A DNA stretch of 63,776 bases, filler included, from Myxococcota bacterium (GCA_049322255.1; 5 parts of 5 records of this genome joined end to end with filler, not necessarily neighbours in it), one strand, 5' to 3'; numbered from the whole stretch's first letter, positions 28,794 to 39,082 are shown. A program made the numbers and translations. The notes: generated by a model not told the origin, from the sequence alone.

Positions 28794-30368
28794 ATGGCGC
28801 ACCCTCCCAAGCAGCGGCTGCTCATTTTCGTCATCGCCTATTACGCCGAGAGCACCTTGCGCAAAGTGCTCGAGCGCATTCCGGCGTCCATCTTCGAGCA
28901 GTACGACTGCGAGGTGCTGGTGGTCGACGACGCCTCGGAGGACCGCACCTTCGCCATCGGCCGCGAGTACAAGGAGCACCACCCGGAGATCTGCATGACG
29001 GTGCTCCGGAACGAGTACAACCAGGGGTACGGCGGCAACCAGAAGATTGGCTACGCCTACGCGCTGGCCGAGGGCTTCGATTTCGTGGCGATGGTCCACG
29101 GCGACGGCCAGTACGCCCCCGAGGAGCTGCCCCGGCTGGTCGCCCCGCTGGCCGAGGGCACCGCTGATGCCGTCTTCGGCAGTCGGATGATGACCGCCTT
29201 CGGGGCGCTCCAGGGCGGCATGCCGCTCTACAAATGGGTGGGCAACCGCATTCTCTCCACGGCGCAGAACATGCTTTTGGGCGCGAAGCTCTCCGAGTTC
29301 CACTCGGGCTACCGGGTCTACTCGGTGGCCGCGCTGCGGAAGATTCAGTTCCGCCTCAACTCCAACGACTTCCACTTCGACACCGAAATCATCATTCAGC
29401 TGCTCAACGCTCACCTGCGTATTCAGGAGCTGCCCATCCCCACCTACTACGGCGACGAAATCTGCAGGGTGAACGGGATGAAGTACGCCAAGGACGTGAT
29501 GGTGACGACGCTCAAGAACGTCGCCCACCGCTCGGGCCTGCTCCACCAGCGCCGCTTCGACCCGATGGTGGAAGACAACCACCACTACGACTTGAAGCTC
29601 GGCTACCCCTCCAGCCACTCGTGGGCGCTGGCGCGCGTGCCCGAGGGCGCCAAGGTCATCGACATCGGTGCCGGCCCGGGCGGCATGGCACAGGAGCTGG
29701 TGAAGAAGGGTTGCGACACCGCGGTGGTCGACCAGTACCCTCCCAAGGAGAAAGACCCCAAGGTCAAAGTCTTCGTCCAAGACCTCGACCAACCGCCCAC
29801 CTTCGACGTCTTCCCCTACAAGTACCTGCTCTTGCTCGACGTCATCGAGCACTTGAAGGAGCCGGAGAAGTTTCTGGAGAGGCTGCGCGCCCAGTTCGAC
29901 CACGAGCCGAAGACGCTGGTGCTCACCACTCCCAACGTTTCCTTCGTCGTGATTCGGCTGATGCTCGCCGCCGGGCAGTTCAACTACGGCAAGGCAGGCA
30001 TTCTCGACCGCACCCACACCCGGCTCTTCACCTTCCGCAGCCTCGAGCATCTGCTGCGCGACTCGGGCTTCCGCATCAAGGAGCTTCGCGGCGTGCCGGC
30101 GCCATTCCCCAAGGTGTTGGGCGATGGCCTGTTGGGCAAGGCGGCGGTGGCGGCGAACCTGGCCCTCATCCGACTGAGCAAGTCGCTCTTTTCCTACCAA
30201 ATCCTCGTGGTCGCCGAAGGCTCGCCCGACGTCGACTTCCTCTTGCGCGACACCAAGGCGCGCAGCGCCGCCCGCACCGCGAAGCTGCGCCTGGAGCGCC
30301 CTCAGCTCGACGAGGGCTCACGGCGAGCACGCAAGCGATCAACTCCCTCTCCCGTGGGCAGAGGGTAG
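28794..30368 (+). CDS. Bifunctional GT2 (DPM-synthase-like) / SAM methyltransferase
   Basis: VVDDASED, NQGYGGNQK, HGDGQY, FHSGYRVY, FDTEI; IDIGAGPG, LDVIEHL, GILDRTH. Confidence 0.9.
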   Translation: MAHPPKQRLLIFVIAYYAESTLRKVLERIPASIFEQYDCEVLVVDDASEDRTFAIGREYKEHHPEICMTVLRNEYNQGYGGNQKIGYAYALAEGFDFVAMVHGDGQYAPEELPRLVAPLAEGTADAVFGSRMMTAFGALQGGMPLYKWVGNRILSTAQNMLLGAKLSEFHSGYRVYSVAALRKIQFRLNSNDFHFDTEIIIQLLNAHLRIQELPIPTYYGDEICRVNGMKYAKDVMVTTLKNVAHRSGLLHQRRFDPMVEDNHHYDLKLGYPSSHSWALARVPEGAKVIDIGAGPGGMAQELVKKGCDTAVVDQYPPKEKDPKVKVFVQDLDQPPTFDVFPYKYLLLLDVIEHLKEPEKFLERLRAQFDHEPKTLVLTTPNVSFVVIRLMLAAGQFNYGKAGILDRTHTRLFTFRSLEHLLRDSGFRIKELRGVPAPFPKVLGDGLLGKAAVAANLALIRLSKSLFSYQILVVAEGSPDVDFLLRDTKARSAARTAKLRLERPQLDEGSRRARKRSTPSPVGRG

Positions 30369-31705
30369 GTCGGGCCCGCGACCGCCACCGCGCAGCAGAG
30401 CGCGCCGACGACCAGGTAGTAGTAGTTGCAGAACGCCTGCTTGTTGAAGGCGAAGAAGCCGGCCAGCACCAGCGCGCAGGATGCGGCAAAGCCCCCGGGG
30501 GTTCGCGGCGAGCGCCACAGCGAAAGACCAACGCCCAGAAGCGCGACCACGAAGGCAAGCGCGGTTGGCGGCGGCGCACCTCCTTGCCGCGCGAAATACG
30601 CCAGGTAGCTCAGCGCCTCCGCCCGAAAAGGCTGCACCGTCTGCAAAGTCACCACGTCCCAGAGGAAGGCTTTGACGTCCCACAGCGCCAGGGGGAGCGT
30701 CACCAATAAGCCGATGCCCACCACCTGGCCGCCCATGCGCCAGAGCTCCTTTTTTTCGGGCAGCGGTCGAGGGAGGAGGAGAAACCCCAGTGGTATGGCC
30801 AAGACGAGGTACTGCTTCACCGCCAAGAACAGCCCGAAGGCCCAGGGGAGCGCGCGGGGCAGGCGGCAGGCGGCAAAGACCACCGATGCCAAGAGCAGCA
30901 CCGCGAAGGGCTCGGTCCAGCCTTGCTCGAGCACAAAGAAGGCGCGCGGGGTGAAGAGGAAGAGCGCGGCGGCGGCGGGCGCCACCCTTCCCGGCCGCGC
31001 GTACGCCATCAGCGCCCCGGCCCCGGTCATCGCCAACAGCTGAGAGTAGCGGTGGTCTCCTCCGAAGAGTTGCCCGGGGAGCGCCAAGAAGAGGCTCAGC
31101 GGCGGATAGGGAAACCCGAACTTGAGCCGCCCCCCTTCCGACAATCCCGGCCCGTAGAAGGGCGAGTTGCCGTAGATGTCGGGGAAGGTCATCGCGTAGG
31201 GGTTTTGACCTGCGAGCAACGCCGCCACCCCGTCGCGCTGAAAGACGTGAACGTCGATGAACGGGTTGGGCGACGCGCGGATGAGCCACACTCCCAAAAG
31301 CAGGTGGACAAGGAGCATGGTAGGTACCCGCAACGGGCCTAAGGGGGACTGGCGCGACAGCCCTGCACCCGCGAGCACCGCCGTCACCCCCAAGCCTCCG
31401 AAGAACGGCACGTACGCCGCTGGCCCCACTTGAAGGTAGATGCCCGGAGGCGCAATCAATAGCCGGTAGAGCTGGTACCCCACTCCGGCCAAGAGGACGA
31501 AGACCACCGGAGCATCGCCCAGGCGCTCCAGCCGCTCCCACTTCGGCGCGGCGACACCCGCCACGCACAACACCAGCGCCGAGGAGAGGAAGACGATCGA
31601 CTCCGGGTGGAGGTTGCCGTTGCTGACCTGGAGTGCGTGACCGAGCGCGACGGCCGCGAGCGCCAGCGCGACGGAAAGCCCCCAACGATCGTCTCTACCG
31701 TGCAT
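30302..31705 (-). CDS. Polytopic membrane protein, GT87/GT-C-like glycosyltransferase
   Basis: FIDVHVFQ...GQNPY, FPYPPLS, AVKQY, FNKQAFCNYY; many TM helices. Confidence 0.7.
   Translation of the reverse strand: MHGRDDRWGLSVALALAAVALGHALQVSNGNLHPESIVFLSSALVLCVAGVAAPKWERLERLGDAPVVFVLLAGVGYQLYRLLIAPPGIYLQVGPAAYVPFFGGLGVTAVLAGAGLSRQSPLGPLRVPTMLLVHLLLGVWLIRASPNPFIDVHVFQRDGVAALLAGQNPYAMTFPDIYGNSPFYGPGLSEGGRLKFGFPYPPLSLFLALPGQLFGGDHRYSQLLAMTGAGALMAYARPGRVAPAAAALFLFTPRAFFVLEQGWTEPFAVLLLASVVFAACRLPRALPWAFGLFLAVKQYLVLAIPLGFLLLPRPLPEKKELWRMGGQVVGIGLLVTLPLALWDVKAFLWDVVTLQTVQPFRAEALSYLAYFARQGGAPPPTALAFVVALLGVGLSLWRSPRTPGGFAASCALVLAGFFAFNKQAFCNYYYLVVGALCCAVAVAGPTYPLPTGEGVDRLRARREPSSS
30345..30374 (-). repeat. 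Dispersed palindromic repeat, degenerate copy F (reverse orientation, inside a convergent gene overlap)
   Basis: Minus strand reads cccgacctaccctctgcccacgggagaggg. Confidence 0.6.
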
Positions 31706-32903
31706 CCATGGCTCCCTCGCGGTTCAGGTCCGCGTCAGGGCTGCGCAGACGCGACACCACAAACCAGACGAGAATCGCCCAGGCGAACAGCCCCAACAGC
31801 GGCGAGGGCCGAGGGAAGGGAGTGGTGAAGGCCGACTGCAGCGGGACGGAGCCGGTCCAGAACAAGTAGTACACCAGCGCCACGAAGAGGCCCGAGGCCA
31901 CCGCGTAGAGCGCACCCCAACGAAGGCTCGACGCGAAGAGCACGGGCACGGCGTACACGGTGTACTGGACTCCGAACCCCGGGGTCAGCACGAGAAACGC
32001 CGCCATGACCAGCGAAGAGGCCACGTAGGTATTTACCCCCCGCCGCCAGCACCACACCGCCAGCGCGATCGCCGCTGCCAGGACTGCGTAACGCCCTCCG
32101 CCTTCGAGGATACTTTGAGCGGAGTGGGCGAACGGTCGTAGCCGCTCGGAGAGCAGCGCCTCCCTCACGAAGAGAGGCAGCCCCCAGTTGTCAAAGTTCG
32201 AGTTGTAGGCGAGGGCATTGCGGTGAAACGACCGCCAGTCGGAAAGAAGAAACGGCGCGAACGGGAGCGCCCCGGCAGCCAGAGCACCCCCGAAGCGGGC
32301 GAGTCCCTTCCAGCCACTCACGCGGACCAAGAACACCGGCACCAGGAGCACCGGAATGAGCTTCACGTTGATGGCCGCTCCCAGCGCCAACCCCGCTCCG
32401 ACGGGGCGCTTGCCTTCCCAGGCGTAGCAAGCGAGCAAACAGAGCATCGCGCACAGAGCATCGGTGTTGGTGTGGTAGGCGCTGACGAGAAGGGAGTCGG
32501 GGTTCCACCCGTAGAGCGCCCACGCCAGGGCGGCCGTGCGCCCATCGAGCCGCTTCCACACCCGATAGAGCACCAGCGCCGACGCCACCTCGGCCAAGAG
32601 CACCGGCAGCCGGAACACGAAGAAGAACGGCAGCTGCACCGCGCGCGAGGTCTCGAGCGCGAACGCCGCGAGGTAACCCATGAGCGGCGGATGGTTGAAG
32701 TCGCGCACGTGGGCGTACATCCACGACACCCCTTCGCGCTCCACCCCCTGGGCGAAGTCCTGCCAAGTCAGGGCATCGTTGGTCCCCACCACGAACCAGC
32801 TCAAGACCAACCGGGCGAAGAGGCCCAAGGCACCCACGGCCAGAAGGAGCCGCCCGCCACGCGCCAGCTCGAGCATTCGCCTCGCGGCGAGGGGCACCTG
32901 CAT
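31695..32903 (-). CDS. Polytopic membrane protein, GT-C-like (PMT/GT87-type) glycosyltransferase
   Basis: GTNDA, FNHPPL, NVKLIP, GFGVQY; multiple TM helices; start uncertain. Confidence 0.7.
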   Translation of the reverse strand: MQVPLAARRMLELARGGRLLLAVGALGLFARLVLSWFVVGTNDALTWQDFAQGVEREGVSWMYAHVRDFNHPPLMGYLAAFALETSRAVQLPFFFVFRLPVLLAEVASALVLYRVWKRLDGRTAALAWALYGWNPDSLLVSAYHTNTDALCAMLCLLACYAWEGKRPVGAGLALGAAINVKLIPVLLVPVFLVRVSGWKGLARFGGALAAGALPFAPFLLSDWRSFHRNALAYNSNFDNWGLPLFVREALLSERLRPFAHSAQSILEGGGRYAVLAAAIALAVWCWRRGVNTYVASSLVMAAFLVLTPGFGVQYTVYAVPVLFASSLRWGALYAVASGLFVALVYYLFWTGSVPLQSAFTTPFPRPSPLLGLFAWAILVWFVVSRLRSPDADLNREGAMDAR

Positions 32904-32945
32904 GCAACCACGTCGCGTACCGCAACCCTCGGCGCACCGCAAGCA

Positions 32946-34895
32946 TCAGGGAACGACCTCGATAGCCACTGGAGGCGATGGCTCACCGAACCACTCGACG
33001 ACCTCCTGCACCATCCGCCAGCTGAACTGATACGTGCCGGGCTGCGGCGGAGCAGTCACCTCGAATTCGAAGGTGTACTCCTCGCCGGGCTTGACGCTCC
33101 GCTCAAGGTACACCCGCTCAAGGCCCCATGCCCTCGTGGCGCCCGCCGCCCCCAAGCGGTGCCATGCGGCGCGCCGCCAGCTCTCGTAGCCCTGGTTGCG
33201 GAAGGTGAGCGAGACACGCTGCGGTGCGCCGGCCTTCATCCGGGGCGGCACGCTCTGGGCAACAAACACCGCGTGGTTCGGAGCGTCGAGCCCGGGCTGG
33301 AAGTACACGCGGCAAATGCCAGATGCGTCGATGCCGTTGGCTGCGGCCCAGTGCTTCAGCGCGGCGTCGACCCGCGGCTGGTCGATCGGGCTTCGCATGT
33401 TGACGTGCTCGAGGAACCAGTTGGGCGGGTTGAAACCCGAGTATCCGTTCACCGTCGGCACCCGTGCGATCATCTGTGCGCTCATCGCGTCGAGCTGGTG
33501 CTTGAAGTAGGGCGCGCGGCTGCCGATCGGCGCGTAAAAGAACGCCTTGCACGACGTGTCGACGCGCCGGGCGATCTCCGCCGCATCACCGTACGCGCGC
33601 TCCTTGTCGAAGCTCGGTGTGGTGAGCCCCTGCTCAAGCGCGACCACCGCGCCAACGGCGGCCAGTGCCCCCCAGCGTTCCTTCGCCTTCCAACCCTGGA
33701 GCCGCTTCACCACTCCGGCGAGCCCCAGCGAGAGCGGCAACAGCACGAGAATGCCGAAGCGGGAGACCGCGCGAATCGCTCCGGCGCCGGGCACATGTTG
33801 GTACACCATTTTCCACGCCGACGCGTGCGCGCCAAGGATCGGCCACCACATGCCGATCACCACGAAGGTCAGCATCGCCAGAACCACCACGCGCACCGCG
33901 ACGTTGCGCCACAGGAAAAAGAGCCCGGCGAGGCACAACAGCGGGGTCACGAACCCTACCCCGAGCCGGTGTTCGTGCTCCATGGGAATGGAGTCGAAGA
34001 GGCCGGTCTCGTTCAGCCGCCCGTACAGCCAGCTCCAGGGGCCCATGTCGATCCACGACGAGAGCCGCGGCAACATGGTGGTCACCTCGCCGTAGTCGCG
34101 CATGCCCACCTGCCGGCCCGCAGCGAGGTACGTGGTCGCCGCGGGCAGGAGCATCAGCACCCCTAGCGCCGCCCCACCAACGATTGCCAGCGGGTGCCGA
34201 TGCACGAGCCGCCAGCCGGCCTCCCGGCTCTCGCGAAAGGCGAGCGCCCACGGTACCGCCAACACCAGCGCCACGCCGAAGAACCACGCCAGGTAGAAGC
34301 CCGCCCAGAACTGCAGGGCCGAGCACGCCGCGAACAACCCCAGGTGCCCCGCGGTCTTCCACTGTGCGCCCACCTCCCACGCAGTCTCGAGCGCGCGGCC
34401 AAGACCGTAGAGGGCGAGCAGCGTGTAGAACTGCGGCACCAGCTGCTCGTGGCCGAGCTGGTTGACGCGCACCGCACCGAACGAGAAGAGAAACGCGCCG
34501 AACGCCGCGGCCAGAGTGCCGAAGCGAAACAGCCGGGAAAGCACGAAGTACGCGGTGGCGAAGTTCAGCGCGGACATGGCGATGATCCACAGCTGCATCG
34601 CCGTGTCCGCTCGCGCTCCGATGGCGCGGAAGAACCAGTAGACGGGGGCGACCCCGAGCAGCGTCTCCGAGTAAGCGCCGGTGCCCTTCGCCGGCCAGAA
34701 CATGGGGAAGTCCCAGAATGTCTCGTGGCTCGGCTGCCGGGTGAGCCAGCCCCACGAGTGCTCGAGCGCGAAGTTCAAGAAGCGCGTGTCGCCCGGGTCC
34801 CACTGCATGCGGGCCATGCCGGTGAGCAGCATGGGATGGTGCGCGAGCAGCACGCCAGCCGCACCGATGAATGGAACCAGGTAGGATGAGCGCAA
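32946..34895 (-). CDS. YfhO-like membrane protein with C-terminal NBR1-type Ig-like domain
   Basis: PGDTRF...W, GAIRAVSRF, VNGYSGF; C-terminal FRNQG..W...FEVTAPPQPGTYQFSWRMV. Confidence 0.65.
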   Translation of the reverse strand: MRSSYLVPFIGAAGVLLAHHPMLLTGMARMQWDPGDTRFLNFALEHSWGWLTRQPSHETFWDFPMFWPAKGTGAYSETLLGVAPVYWFFRAIGARADTAMQLWIIAMSALNFATAYFVLSRLFRFGTLAAAFGAFLFSFGAVRVNQLGHEQLVPQFYTLLALYGLGRALETAWEVGAQWKTAGHLGLFAACSALQFWAGFYLAWFFGVALVLAVPWALAFRESREAGWRLVHRHPLAIVGGAALGVLMLLPAATTYLAAGRQVGMRDYGEVTTMLPRLSSWIDMGPWSWLYGRLNETGLFDSIPMEHEHRLGVGFVTPLLCLAGLFFLWRNVAVRVVVLAMLTFVVIGMWWPILGAHASAWKMVYQHVPGAGAIRAVSRFGILVLLPLSLGLAGVVKRLQGWKAKERWGALAAVGAVVALEQGLTTPSFDKERAYGDAAEIARRVDTSCKAFFYAPIGSRAPYFKHQLDAMSAQMIARVPTVNGYSGFNPPNWFLEHVNMRSPIDQPRVDAALKHWAAANGIDASGICRVYFQPGLDAPNHAVFVAQSVPPRMKAGAPQRVSLTFRNQGYESWRRAAWHRLGAAGATRAWGLERVYLERSVKPGEEYTFEFEVTAPPQPGTYQFSWRMVQEVVEWFGEPSPPVAIEVVP

Positions 34896-34907
34896 GGCGG
34901 CACTTCC

Positions 34908-35269
34908 CTACCAGATCACCTTCACCAACTTCGAATCGGTGATTTCGGCGTCGGCGGTGGTCAGCGGCACCCCGAGCCGCCTGGCGCAGGCGACGACCAG
35001 TCGGTCGTAAACGTCGCCGTGGTTCCAAGCGAGGGCGAGGCGATCGCGTCCCACCAGCTCCCCAACGAGGCCTCTTTGCTGCCCTCGTCGAGGTTCCCGG
35101 GACTCTCCAGCGACGCCTCGATCCGCGGCGGTCTGGCACGTGCACGCGCGTGTCCCCTCTCCCGTGCTTCGAGCGCTTCGAGGTGCTGAGCTCCCACCAC
35201 GTACGCGCGCACCTCGCCGCGCACGGAGATGGAGACCTTGGCATGTGGAGATCTCGAGAAGGACCGCAT
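34908..35269 (-). pseudogene. Decayed TA locus: antitoxin-like fragment joined by deletion to a PIN/VapC C-terminus
   Basis: An alternate frame reads HGDVYDRLVVACARRLGVPLTTADAEITDSKLVKVIW* (stop 34908..34910), a typical PIN C-terminus; no PIN N-terminus present. Confidence 0.65.
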
Positions 35270-35350
35270 GGGGTCGTCAAGCGCTGACTTGCCTGGATGA
35301 GCGAAATATGGGTTTTAAGGGGCCCGTTTTCGGGTAGCCCGCCTTTTACC

Positions 35351-38300
35351 ATGCGCCAGCTCACAGCCCTCCCGTCCGCCGTCGAACCGTTCCGCCTGGG
35401 CCTTGAAGGTTTCCTCTTCGAAGACCTCTACCGCCCCGAAGGCTTGAGACGACTGTCCGAGCGCTTCGACGCCTACCTGGCCTCCGCAGACGCCACGCTC
35501 TTTTCCGCCTTCGACAGCTACCGGAAGAAGTCCGGCCCTGCGCTCACTCCCCCCGCCGAATCCGACCTCCTGGTCCGTGTGGGAGAGCACGTCTCGCGCT
35601 TCGTCGGCAAGCTTTTCGGCGTGGAGGCCGAGCTGGCGAGCTTGAAACAGCGCCTGACCTCCGAGCTCCGGCTCTTCGAGTTCAAGCGGGAGTTCATCAG
35701 CCGGCGGGTCTTCAAAAAGGGAGCGACCGACCGTCCCTCGGTCAACGAGCTGCCTGCGCTGGAGGAGCAGATACGGCTCCTTTTGCGCCTGGGCTTCCCT
35801 CGAGCCACGGCCGATGACCCCGAAGGCGCCCTCGCGGAGGCGGTCCTCACCCTGCTCCATCTCGAACGACTCTTCTCCGGCCAACCCGTGGAGAAAGCAG
35901 AAACGCTGCGTGAGCGCTGGGCATCGTTGCACGCGGCGCTCGCCTCGACCACCTTGGTTCCCAAGAACGCCGAGGACCTCGCCGCCGTGCGCGGCTTGCT
36001 CTCTCTGGCCGACCGGTGGACGTATGCGCGCGCGCTGCACCCGCAAGGCAAACGCGAGCTGCGCCACTGGCCGACCCATCAGCTGCCCAAGCCGATGCTG
36101 TTCGACAAGCTGGTGGAGCTGAAAGTCCCCGACCCCAAGCTGCCCGAGGCGGTCGAGGGCCCCGACGAGCACCTGCGCCGCCGCGACGGCTTTCAGCTCA
36201 CCGACCGCCGCATGAACACGCGGCAGGTGATGAACGAAGTCGACTACTGCGTCCTCTGCCACGAGCGCGAGAAGGACTCGTGCACCAAGGGCTTCCCCGC
36301 CAAGGACCCGGCGGCGGAAGGGCACTCCTTCAAGAAGAACCCGCTGGGCATTCCGCTCACCGGCTGCCCACTCGACGAGCGCATCTCCGAGGCGCACCTG
36401 CTCAAGTCGCGCGGCGATTCCTTGGCCGCGCTGGCGATGGTGATGGTCGACAACCCCATGTGCCCGGGCACCGGCCACCGCATCTGCAACGACTGCATGA
36501 AGGCCTGCATCTTCCAGAAGCAGGAGCCGGTGAACATTCCGCAGATCGAGACCTCGGTGCTCACCGACGTGCTCGCCCTTCCTTTCGGCTTCGAAATCTA
36601 CGGCCTCTTCACCCGCTGGAACCCGCTCCACGTGAAGCGCCCCCACGCCTTGCCTTACCTGGGCAAGAACGTGCTGGTGGTCGGCTTGGGGCCTGCGGGC
36701 TACACGCTCTCCCACTACCTGCTCAACGAGGGCTTCGGGGTGGTGGGCATCGACGGCCTGAAGATCGAGCCCTTCCCCGACGAGCTCACCGGCAAGAACG
36801 GGCAGCCGCTCCGTCCGATTCGCGACTTTGCCCAAATCGCCGGCGAGCTCGACCAGCGCGTGCTGGCGGGCTTCGGAGGCGTCTCGGAGTACGGCATCAC
36901 CGTGCGCTGGGACAAGAACTTCCTCACCCTCCTCCACCTCACCCTGGCCCGCCGCGACGCTTTTCGCATCTACGGGGGCGTGCGCTTCGGCGGCACCCTC
37001 ACCCTCGACGACGCGTGGCGGCTGGGCTTCGACCACGTGGCGATCGCCGCCGGCGCCGGCAAGCCGACCCTCATCGGCCTGAAGAACAACCTCTTGCGCG
37101 GCATCCGCAAGGCCTCCGACTTCCTCATGGCGCTCCAGCTCACCGGGGCCTTCAAGAAGGACTCTCTGGCCAACCTGCAAGTGCAGCTGCCCGCGGTGGT
37201 GATCGGCGGCGGCCTCACCGCCATCGACACCGCCACCGAGCTGTTCGCCTACTACCCGGTGCAGGTGGAAAAAGTCCTCGCCCGCTACGAGAAGCTCTCC
37301 GCCGAGAGCGGCCCCGATGCCTTCTGGAAGCGCTTCGACGCCGAGGAGCGGCCCCTTCTCGAACGCTTCCTTGCGCACGGCAAAGCGGTGCGCGCCGAAC
37401 GCGAGCGCGCCGCCGCCGCCGGGGAGGCTCCCAACTTCGTCCCGCTGGTGCGTCGCTGGGGCGGAGTCTCCGTCTGCTACCGACGCTCGCTCACCGAGGC
37501 GCCCGCCTACCGCCTCAACCATGAAGAAATCGTCAAGGCGCTGGAAGAAGGCATTCGTTTCATCGAGCGCGCCAGCCCCGTGGAGGCGGTGGCCGACGAG
37601 CACGGCGCGGTGAAGGCCCTCAAATTCGAGCGGATGGCGGTCAAAGACGGCAAGCTCAAGCCCACCGGAGAGGTCTTCGAGCTTCCCGCGCGCACGGTGT
37701 GCGTCGCCGCCGGCACCTCGCCCAACGTCACCTACGAGAAGGAGCACCCCGGCACCTTCGCGCTCGACGACGACCGCGCCTTCTTCAAGGGCTTTTCCCT
37801 GGAGGAGAAAGACGGCGCGTTCAGCCTCGCCCCCGTCGAAGCGCACGAGGACTTAGGAAGACCTGCCGGCTTCTTCACCTCGTACCAAAAGGACGGGCGC
37901 TTCGTGTCCTTCTACGGGGACAACCACCCGACCTATGCGGGCAACGTGGTGAAGGCGATGGCCTCGGCCAAGGACGGCTACCCCGAGGTGGTGCGCCTGT
38001 TCGCCAAGGAATTGGCGCACCTCGACGTCGGCGACGCTGCCGGCCAAAAGGAGCGCGACAAGAAGCTCTCTGCGCTCTTCGCTCATCTCGACGAGGCGCT
38101 CACCGCGCACGTGGTGGCGGTCAACCGCCTCACTCCCACCATCGTGGAGGTGGTGACCCGCGCTCCCTTCGCCGCCGAGCACTTCCGCCCCGGGCAGTTC
38201 TATCGCTTGCAAAACCACGAGGCGCTCGCCCCCCTCGTCGACGGCACCCGCCTCACCATGGAGGGCTTGGCTCTCACCGGTGCCTGGGTGGACAAGGAGA

Positions 38301-39079
38301 AGGGCCTTCTATCGGTCATCGTGCTGGAGATGGGCTCGTCCTCACGGCTGTGCGCCACCTTGAAGCCGGGCGAGCGAATCGTGCTCATGGGGCCCACGGG
38401 GGCACCCACCGAGACGCCTCCGGGAGAGACGGTGTTGCTCGCCGGAGGTGGGCTGGGCAACGCGGTGCTCTTCTCCATCGGGCAGGCGCTGCGGGCCGCC
38501 GGCAGCCAGGTGCTCTACTTCGCCGCCTACCGGCAGAAGAGCGACTGCTACAAGCGGGACGAGCTGGAGCGCGCCGCGGACCAAATCATCTGGTCGGTGG
38601 ATACAGGAGAGCGCATCGAGCCGCGCCGGCCGCAAGACGCCTCCTTCGTGGGCAACGTGGTGCAGGCGATGGTCGCCTACGCTGAAGGCAAGCTGGCGCT
38701 TGTGCCGCTCGTTCCTCTCTCGCAGGTGGACCGCATCATCGCCATCGGCAGCGATCGCATGATGCGCGCGGTGAAGGAAGCCCGCCACACGGTGCTCGCG
38801 CCCCACGTGAAGCCAGGGCACGAGGCCATCGGGTCGATCAACTCCCCGATGCAGTGCATGATGAAGGAGATCTGCGCCCAGTGCCTGCAGAAGCACGTGG
38901 ACCCGGTCAGTGGGAAGGAGACGGTGGTCTTCTCCTGCTTCAACCAGGACCAGAAGCTGGATCACGTCGACTTCGGCCACCTGAATTCCCGCCTGCGCGC
39001 CAACAGCGTGCTGGAGAAAATCTCCAACCTCTGGCTCGACCGGCTGTTGGCGAAGGCGCCGGACCTCAAACGCATCTGA
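35351..39079 (+). CDS. Large Fe-S flavoprotein: GltD/NfnB-like module fused to a PyrK/NfnA-like FNR-[2Fe-2S] module
   Basis: CVLCH...C...CPL, CPGTGHRICNDCMKAC, VVGLGPAG, VIGGGLTAID; PGQFYRL, MGPTG, GGGLG, MQCMMKEICAQC...FSC. Confidence 0.88.
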   Translation: MRQLTALPSAVEPFRLGLEGFLFEDLYRPEGLRRLSERFDAYLASADATLFSAFDSYRKKSGPALTPPAESDLLVRVGEHVSRFVGKLFGVEAELASLKQRLTSELRLFEFKREFISRRVFKKGATDRPSVNELPALEEQIRLLLRLGFPRATADDPEGALAEAVLTLLHLERLFSGQPVEKAETLRERWASLHAALASTTLVPKNAEDLAAVRGLLSLADRWTYARALHPQGKRELRHWPTHQLPKPMLFDKLVELKVPDPKLPEAVEGPDEHLRRRDGFQLTDRRMNTRQVMNEVDYCVLCHEREKDSCTKGFPAKDPAAEGHSFKKNPLGIPLTGCPLDERISEAHLLKSRGDSLAALAMVMVDNPMCPGTGHRICNDCMKACIFQKQEPVNIPQIETSVLTDVLALPFGFEIYGLFTRWNPLHVKRPHALPYLGKNVLVVGLGPAGYTLSHYLLNEGFGVVGIDGLKIEPFPDELTGKNGQPLRPIRDFAQIAGELDQRVLAGFGGVSEYGITVRWDKNFLTLLHLTLARRDAFRIYGGVRFGGTLTLDDAWRLGFDHVAIAAGAGKPTLIGLKNNLLRGIRKASDFLMALQLTGAFKKDSLANLQVQLPAVVIGGGLTAIDTATELFAYYPVQVEKVLARYEKLSAESGPDAFWKRFDAEERPLLERFLAHGKAVRAERERAAAAGEAPNFVPLVRRWGGVSVCYRRSLTEAPAYRLNHEEIVKALEEGIRFIERASPVEAVADEHGAVKALKFERMAVKDGKLKPTGEVFELPARTVCVAAGTSPNVTYEKEHPGTFALDDDRAFFKGFSLEEKDGAFSLAPVEAHEDLGRPAGFFTSYQKDGRFVSFYGDNHPTYAGNVVKAMASAKDGYPEVVRLFAKELAHLDVGDAAGQKERDKKLSALFAHLDEALTAHVVAVNRLTPTIVEVVTRAPFAAEHFRPGQFYRLQNHEALAPLVDGTRLTMEGLALTGAWVDKEKGLLSVIVLEMGSSSRLCATLKPGERIVLMGPTGAPTETPPGETVLLAGGGLGNAVLFSIGQALRAAGSQVLYFAAYRQKSDCYKRDELERAADQIIWSVDTGERIEPRRPQDASFVGNVVQAMVAYAEGKLALVPLVPLSQVDRIIAIGSDRMMRAVKEARHTVLAPHVKPGHEAIGSINSPMQCMMKEICAQCLQKHVDPVSGKETVVFSCFNQDQKLDHVDFGHLNSRLRANSVLEKISNLWLDRLLAKAPDLKRI

Positions 39080-39082
39080 CGG

